64,000 bases of DNA, taken from positions 13,144,001 to 13,208,000 of the forward strand of contig OZ024757.1 in the NCBI GenBank assembly GCA_964016885.1, written 5' to 3'. Shown piece after piece: positions 55,801 to 64,000 of this stretch. The number at the start of each line of letters is the position of its first letter. The stretch's first letter is position 1. The stretch is from Eledone cirrhosa. Taxonomy: Eukaryota. Below the pieces are notes generated by a model. It searched no databases, was not told the origin of the DNA, and was given only the letters and a program-made list of their open reading frames with translations. A program made the position numbers and the translations under genes.

Positions 55801-58800
55801 ACCACTAGCCTTAGACGTAAACTTAAACTTAGACTTAGAATTAAACCCCAACCTCAAGCCTTAGGCGTAGAATTAAACCCCAACCCAAAGCTTACACTTA
55901 AACCCTAACCCCAAGCCTTAGTCTTGAACACCAACTGCAAGCTTTAGACTTAGAATTAAACCCCAAGCCCAAAGGTTAGACTTAGATTTGAACCCAAACT
56001 CCTAGCCTTAGACTTAGACTTAAACCCCAACCACTAGCTTTAGACATAGACTTGAAGCCCAACCCAAAGCCTCAGACTTAGACTTAAACCCCAAGCCTTA
56101 GAATTAAACCATAACCACAAGCCGTAGACTTAAACCCAACACCAAGCCTTAGAGCTAGACTTAAACCCCAACCCTAAGTTTTATACTTAGTCTTAAACCC
56201 CAAACCCTAGCCTTAGATATAGACTTAATCCCCAACCCTAAATCATAGAATTAGACTTAAACCTCAACCACTAGCATTAGACTTAGACTTAAAGACAACA
56301 CCAAGCCTTAGACTTAAACCGAAACTCCAAGCCATAGACGTAAATCTGAACACCAAGCCTTAGACATAGACTTAAACCCGAACCCCAAGCCTTAGACTTA
56401 AACCCCAAACCCAAGCGTTAGACTTAGACATAAACACCCCACCCCCCAAGCCTTATACTTAAACATAAAGCCGAACACGAAGCCTTAAAATCAGACTTAA
56501 ACCCGAAATCCAAACTTTAGACATAGATTTAAACCCCAATCACAAGCCTTAGACTTAGACTTAAACCCGAACCCCAAGCCTTAGACTTAAACCGCAAACC
56601 CAAGCCCTAGACTTAGACATACACGCCCCCCCCAAACCTTAGACATAGACTTAAATCCGAAATCCAACCCTTAGACTTAAAACATAACTACAAGCCTTAG
56701 ACTTAAATCCTAACACCAACTCTTAGACGTAGACTTAAACCACAAATCCAAGACTTAGACTTATACTTAAACCCCAACCCCAAGACTTAAACTTAAATCC
56801 CATCCCCAAGCCTTAGAATTAGACATACACGCCAACCCAAAGGCTTAGATTTAGACTTAAACCCCAACCCCCAGCCTTAGACTTAGACTTAAACCCCAAC
56901 CCCTAAACTTTGAGTTAGACTTAAACCCTAACCCCAAGTCTAAGACTTAGACTTATACCCCAACCATTAGACTTATACGTAAACTTAAACTTAGACTTAA
57001 ACCCCAACCCCTAGCCTTAGACATAGACGTAAACCCCAACCCCAAATCATAGAATTAGACTTAAACCTCAACCACTAGCATTAGTCTTAGACTTTAAGCC
57101 AACACCAAGCCTTAGATTTGAACCCCAACTCCAAGCTTTTGGCTTAGACTTAAACCCCAACTCCAAGCCTCAGACTTAGACTTAAACCCCAACCCTAAGA
57201 CGTAAACTTAAACTTAGATTTAAACTTAAACCCCAACCCCAAACATTAGACTTAGACGTAAACCCCAACTCCAAGCGTTAGATTTAAACCCAAACAACAA
57301 GCCTTAGACTTAAACCCCAAACCCAATTCTTAGTCTTAGACTTAAACCCCACCCTCTAGCATTAGACTTAGACATAAACCCCAAGCCCAAGCCTTAGAAT
57401 TAAACCATGACCACAAGCCGTAGATTTAAACCCAACCCCTACCCTTAGACGTAAAATTAAACCCCAACTCCAAGACTTAGACTTAAACCACAGCCTCAAG
57501 CCTTAGACGTAGATCTAAACCCCAACCCCAATTCTTAGTCTTAGACTTAAACCCCACCCACTAGCATTAGACTTACACAAGATTTAGAATTAAAGCATAA
57601 CCACAAGCCGTAGACTTAAGCCCAACACCAAGGCTTAGAGTTAGACTCAAATCCCAACACCAACCCTTAGACATAGATTTAAACCCCATCCCTAAGCCTC
57701 AGACATAGTCTTATATCCCAACACCAAGCCTTAGACATAGACTTAAACCCCAACCCCAAGCCTTAGATTTAGGTTTAAACCCCAACCCCAAGCCTCAGAC
57801 TTAGACTTAAATCCGAACCCGAAGCCTTAGAATTAGACTTAAACCCGAAACCCAAGCCTGAGACTTAGAGTTAAACCCAAATTCCAAGCCTTCAACTTAG
57901 ACTTAAACCCGAACCTCAAGCCTTAGACTTAAACACCAAACCCAAGCCTCAGAATTAGACTTAAACCCCAAACCTTAGACTTAGAGGTAAACTTAAACTT
58001 AGATTTAGACTTAAAACCCAACCCCAAACTTTAGACGTAGACGTAAACCACAATTCCAAGCCTTAGATTTAAACCCAAACCACAAGCCTTAGACTTGAAC
58101 CCAACCCCAAGCCTTAGACTTAGAGTTAAACCCTAACCACAAGCTTTAGATTAGACTTAAACCACAAGCCTTAGACTTAGAATTTAAACCCCAATCCCAA
58201 TCTTGAGACTTAAACTTAAAGCCTAACCCCAATCCGTAGACTTAACTCCTAAACCAACCCTTAGACTTAGACTTAAACCACAAACCCAAGCCTTAGACCT
58301 AGACTTAAACCCCAACCACAAGCCTTAGACTTAGATTTAAACCCGAACCCCAAGCCTAAGACTTAAACCCCAACCACAAGCCTTCGACTTAGACTTAAAC
58401 CCCAACCCCAAGTCTTAGAGTTAGACTTAAACCTCAACACCCACCCTTAGACATAGATTTAAACCCAGACCCCAAATCATAGACTTAGACTTAAACCCAA
58501 CACGAAGCCTTAAAATTAGACCTATACCCGAAATCCAAGCCTTAGACTTAGATTTAAACTCCAATCCCAAGCCTTAGACTTAGACTTAAAGCCGAACCTC
58601 AATCCTTAGACTGAAACCCAAAACCCAAGCCTTAGACTTAGACATAAACGCCCCCCAAAGACTTAGACTTAGACTTAAACCCCAACTCCTATCCGTAAAT
58701 TTAAACCCCAACCTCAAGCCTCAGACGAAGACTTAAACCCAAAGTCTTAGACTTAGACTTTAACTCCAAACCAAAGCCTTAGACATAGACTTAAACCCCA

Positions 58801-59206
58801 ACCCCAAGCTTTAGACTTAGACGTAAACCCCAACTCCAAGCCTTAGAATTAAATCCTAACCACAACACTTAGACTTAAACCCGAACCCCAACCTTAGCTT
58901 TAGACTTAGACTTATACCCCAAGCCCAAGCCTTGGACTTCGACTTAAACCCTAACGCCAAGCATTAGATTTATACTCACACCCTAACCCCAAGCCTTAGA
59001 ATTAGACTTAAACCACAAACACAACTCTTAGAATTAGACTTAAAACCCAAAACCAAGCCTTTGACCTAGACTTAAACCCCAACCCCATGCCTTAGACTTA
59101 AACCCTAACCACTAAACTTAGACTTAGACTTAAACCACAAACCCAAGCCTTAGACTTAGACTTAAACTCCAACCACAAGCCTTAAACATAGACTTAAACC
59201 CAAAAC

Positions 59207-60023
59207 TTAAGCCTCAGACTTAGACTTGGAGTTTGGGTTTAAGACTAAGGCTTGGGGTTATGGTTTCAGTCTAAATCTAAGTTTAGGGGTTTGGGTTTAA
59301 GTTTACGTCTAAGGCTAGGGGTTGTGGTTTAAGTCTAAGTCTAAGGCTTGTCGTTTGGGTTTAAGTCTAAGGCTTGTGTTTATGGTTTAATTCTAAGTAG
59401 GGGATTACATCTAATTCGAAAGCTTGGTGTTGCGATTTAAGCCTTAGTCTAAGGCTTGAGGTTGGGGTTTAAATCTATGTCTATGTCTTGGGGTTTTAGT
59501 CTAAGTCTGAGGCTTAAGGTTTGTGTTTAAGTCTAAGTCTAAGGCTTGGGGTTTGGATTTGGGGTATGGGTTTAAGTCTAATTCTAAGGCTTGGGCTTGG
59601 GGTTTAAGTCTAAATCTAAGGCTTGGGGTTGGGGTTTATGTCTAAGGCTTGCGCTAGGGTTTAATTCTAAATCGAAAGCATGGGGTTAGGGTATAAGTGT
59701 AAGTCTATGGCTTGGATTAGGGGTTTAAGTCTAAGTGTAAGCCTGGGGGTTGGGGTTTAAATCTAAGTCTAAGGTTTGGGGTTGGGTTTTACGTCTGAGA
59801 CTTGAGGTTCGGGTTTAAGTCTTAGTCTAAGTCTTGTGGTTGGGGTTTAAATCTAAGGGTTAGGATTTAAATCAAAGGATGGGTGTTAGGGTTTAATGCT
59901 AAGTATAATGCTTGTGGTAGGGGTTTATATCTATATCTTTAGGCAAAGGGGTTAGGGTTTAAGTCTAAGTCTAAGGCTTGGGGTTCGGGTGTGAGTATAA
60001 ACTTTAAGCCTCAGACTTAGACT
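59207..60023 (+). other. 20-bp direct repeat TTAAGCCTCAGACTTAGACT bracketing the inverted block (59207-59226 and 60004-60023)
   Basis: The same 20-mer, with the non-consensus combination TTAAG + CCTCAG, lies immediately left and right of the inversion. Confidence 0.8.
59228..60001 (-). repeat. Inverted ~775-bp block of the same satellite
   Basis: Abrupt switch to GGGTTTAAGTCTAAGTCTAAGGCTTGGGGTT (reverse complement of the consensus) at 59228 and back at ~60002. Confidence 0.98.
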
Positions 60024-63000
60024 AAAACTCCAAGTCATAGACATAGATTTAAACACCAACCTCAAGCCTTAGACTAAGACTTAAACCCCAACACCAAACT
60101 TTTAAATTAGACGTAATCCCCAACTTACAATTAAACCATAAACACAAGCCTTAGACTTAAACCCAAACGCCAAGCCTTAGTCTTAGATTTAAAGCACATC
60201 CCCTAGCCTTAGACGTAAACTTAAACCCCAACCCCTAAACTTAGACATAGACTTAAACCCTAACCCCAAGTCTTAGACTTAAACTCTAACCTTAGACTTA
60301 GACTTAAACCCCAACCTCAAACCTTAGACATAGACTTAAACCCCAACACAAAGCCTTAGACTTAGACTTAAACTCCAACCCCAAGCCTTAGACATAAATT
60401 TAAACCCCAACCCCAAGCTTTAGACTTAGATGTAAACCCCAACTCCAAGCCTTAGAATTAAATCCTAACCACAACACTTAGACTTAAACCCGAACCCCAA
60501 CCTTAGCCTTAGACTTAAACTTATACCCCAAGCCCAAGCCTTAGATTTAAAGCCTAACCCCAACCCGAACCCAAGCCTTAGACTTAAACCCCAACCACAA
60601 GTCTTAGACTTACACTTTAACCCCAACCACAAGCCTTAGACTTAGTCTTGAACCCCACCCACTAGCATTAGACTTAGACTGATACCCCAAATCCAAGCCT
60701 TAGAATTAAATCATAACCACAAGTAGTAGAGTTAAACCCAACACCAAGCCTGAGAGTTAGACTTAAACCACAACCCCAACACTTAGATATAGATTTAAAC
60801 CCCAACGCTAAGCCTTAGACTTAGACTTAAACCCCAACCCCAAGCCTTAGATTTAGACTTACCCCCCAACCCGAAGCCTTAGTCTTAGACTTAAACCCGA
60901 ACCCCAAGCCTTAGACTTAGACTTAATCCCCAAACTTAAGCCTTAGACATAGACTTAATCCCCAACATTAAGCTTTAGACATAGACTTAAAACCCAAGCC
61001 TTGGACATAGGTTTAAACCCCAGCCACACGCCTTAGAGTTAGAGGTGAAACCCCACACACTAGCATTAGACTTACACTTAAACCTCAAATCCAAGCCTTA
61101 GAATTAAATCATAACTACAAGTAGTAGACTTAAACCCAACACCATGCCTTAGAGTTAGACTTAAACCACAACCCCAACCCTTAGATATAGATTTCAACCC
61201 CAACCCTAAGCCTTAGACTTAGACTTAAACCCCAACCCCAAGCCTTAGACATAGACTTAAACGCCAACCCCAAGCTATAGACTTAGACGTAAACCCCAAC
61301 TCCAAGCCTTAGAATTAAATCTTAACCACAACCCTTAGACTTAAACCCGAACTCCAAACTTAGCCTTAGACTTAGACTTATACCCCAATACCAAGCCTTA
61401 GAGATAGACTTAAACCTTAACCCCATGCCTTAGACTTAGACATAAACCCCTACCACAAGCATTAGACTTAGCCTTAAACCCAAACACCCATCCTTAGATT
61501 TAAATTCTAACCCTTAGATTTAAACTCCAACCACAAGACTTAGACTTTTCTTAAACCGGAACCCAAGCCTTAGAATTATACTTAAAGCACAAACCCAAGC
61601 CTTAGACATAGACTTAAACACCAACCACAAGACTTAGACTTAGACTTAAACCCGAATTCCAAGACTTATATTTAAACCCCAACCCCAAGCCTTATAATTA
61701 GACATAAACGCAAACACAAAGGCTTAGATTTAGACTTAAACCCCAACCCCCAGCCTTAGACTTAGACTTAAACCCCAAATCCTGGCGTTAGACTTACATT
61801 TACACCCTAACCCCAAGCTTTCGATTGAGACTTAAACCCTACCCCAAGCCATAGACATAAACCCCAACCTCAAGCCTTAAATTTAGACTTAAACCTCAAA
61901 CCCAAGCCTTAGATTTAGACTTAAACCCAAACCTTAAGCCTCAGACTTAGACTAAAACCCCAAGACATAGCCATAGATTTAAACCACAACGTCAAGCCTT
62001 AGACTAAGACTTAAACCCCAACCCCAAGCTTTAGAATTAGACGTAATCCCCAACTTTAAACAATAAACACAAGCCTTAGTCTTAAACCACAACCCCGAAC
62101 CTTAGACGTAAACTTAAACCCCAACCCCTTAACTTAGACTTAGACTTAAACCCTAACTCCAAGTCTTAGACTGAAACCCTAACACCAACACCAAGCCTTA
62201 GACTAAGACTTAAACCCCAATCCAAAGCCTTAGACATAGATTAAACACCAACCCCAAGCCGCAGACTTAGACTTAAACCCCAACACTTAGACTTAGACTA
62301 AACCCCACGCCCTAGCCTTAGACGTAAACTTAAACTTAGACTTAGACTTAAACCCCAAACTTAAGCCTTAGGCGTAGAATTAAACCACAACCCAAAGCTC
62401 ACACTTAAACACCAACCCCAAGCCTTAGATTTTGACTTAAACCACAACTCCAAGCCTTAGACTTAGACCTTAACCCCAAGACTTAGACTTAAAATCTAAC
62501 CTTAGGCTTAGACTAAAACCCAACCCCACGCTTTAGACTTACACGTAATCCCCAACTACAAGCCATAGATTAAACCATAAACACAAGCCTTACTCTTAAA
62601 CCCAAACGCCAAGCCTTTGACTTAGACTTAAACCACAACCCCTAGTCTTAGGCGTTAACTTAAACCCCAACCCCAAAACTTAGACTTAGACTTAGACTTA
62701 AATTCTAACCACAAGTCTTAGACTTAGACTTAAACCCTAACCCCAAGCCTTAGACTTAAAGCCTAACCCCAACCCCAAGCCTTAGACTTAGGCTTAAAAC
62801 CCAATCCAAAGCCTTAGACTTAGACTTAAACACCAACCCCAAGCCGCAGGCTTAGACTTAAACCCCAACCCCTAACCTTAGACGTAAACTTAAACTTAGA
62901 CTTAGACTTTAACCACAGCTCCAAGAATTAGACTTAAACCCTAACCCCAAGTCTTAGGCTTAAACTCTAAACTTAGACTTAGACTTAAACCCCAAATCCA

Positions 63001-64000
63001 AGCCTTAGTCTTAGACTTGAACACCACCCACTAGCATTAGACTTAGACTTAAACCCCAACTCCAAGGCTAAGAATGAAATCATAACCACAAGCCGTAGAC
63101 TTAAACCCAACACCAAGCTTCAGAGTTAGACTTAAACCCCAACCCCAAACCTTAGATATAGATTTAAACCCCAACCCTAAGCCTTAGACTTAGACTTAAA
63201 CCCAAACGACAAGACTTAGACTTAGACTTAAACCCAATCCCAAAGGCTTAGAGTTAAACTTAAACTCCAACCACAAGTCTTAGACTTAGACTTAAAACCC
63301 AACCCGAAGCCTTAGACTTAGACTTAATCCCCAACATTAAGCTTTAGACAGAGACTTAAACCCCACGCCTTATCAATAGATTTAAACCCCAACCACAAGC
63401 CCTAGACTTAGAGTTAAACCCCAACCCCAAGCTATAGACTTAGACTTGAACCCCAACCACAGGCATAAGACTTAGACTTGAACTCCAACCCCAAGCGTTA
63501 GACTTAGACTTAAACCCCAAATACCCATCCTTAGATTTAAATCCTAACCCTTAGATTTAATCCACAACCACAAGACTTAGACTTAGACTTAAACCCGAAC
63601 CTCAAGCCTCAGACTTAGACTTAGACGTAAACCCAACCTGAAGTCTTAGGCGTAGATTTAAACCCCAACCTAAAGCTTACACTTAAACTCCAACCTCAAG
63701 CCTTAGACATAGACTTAAACCACAACTCCAAGCCTTAGACTTAAAATCTAACCTTAGACTTAGACTTAAATCCCAACCCCAAGACTTAGACTTAGACTTA
63801 AACCCAAGCCCCAAGCCTTAGACATATACTTAAACCCGAACTCCAAGCCTTAGAATTAAACCCTAACCCCAAGCCTTAGACTTAAATCCTAAACCAACCC
63901 TTAGACTTAGATTTAAACCACAAATCTAAGCCTTAGAGTTAGACTTAAACCCCAACCACAAGACTTAGACTTATTTAAACCCGAACCCCAAGCCTTAGAC

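Larger units (their letters stand above)
1..64000. repeat. Tandem satellite array, 32-bp consensus AAACCCCAACCCCAAGCCTTAGACTTAGACTT with 6-bp substructure and 26/38-bp variants
   Basis: The motif recurs continuously from the first to the last base (consensus-like runs at 8381-8440 and 15651-15700). No unique sequence was seen, and the array runs off both window ends. Confidence 0.99.

Noticed and set aside
59228-60001. Transposon/MITE or telomere-telomere fusion at the inverted block
   Set aside because: The content is entirely satellite with no terminal inverted repeats, ORF or poly(A). Orientation reverts after ~775 bp, unlike an end-to-end fusion.
1-64000. CRISPR array (32-bp partly palindromic repeat)
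   Set aside because: No unique spacers, repeats are contiguous and degenerate, and there are no cas genes or leader.
1-64000. Canonical telomerase-made telomere tract
   Set aside because: No pure run of any hexamer beyond about 3-4 units, high divergence, and an internal inversion.

Overview
The whole 64-kb window is one eukaryotic-type tandem satellite array. I can support no gene, RNA gene, transposon or CRISPR array. The consensus monomer is 32 bp, AAACCCCAACCCCAAGCCTTAGACTTAGACTT, built from 6-bp subunits (TTAGAC-TTAGAC-TTAAAC-CCCAAC-CCCAAG-CC). Variants of 26 and 38 bp, which lose or gain one hexamer, are frequent, and point divergence between neighbouring monomers is substantial. The + strand is C/A-rich and the - strand carries telomere-like TTGGGG pairs. 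Layered on this are: apparently identical recent tandem duplications (2x1884 bp; 2x6050 bp, each containing a nested 2x2112 bp); a near-identical copy of the window start 21.9 kb downstream; small 95, 109 and 185 bp duplications; older diverged kb-scale duplicates; and recurrent multi-monomer modules whose repertoire shifts at about 26-30 kb. A single ~775-bp inverted block (59228-60001) is flanked by a 20-bp direct repeat and contains an inverted paralogue of the sequence it interrupts. The six ORFs are repeat artefacts. The organism cannot be identified from this sequence, and all alignments were done by eye.
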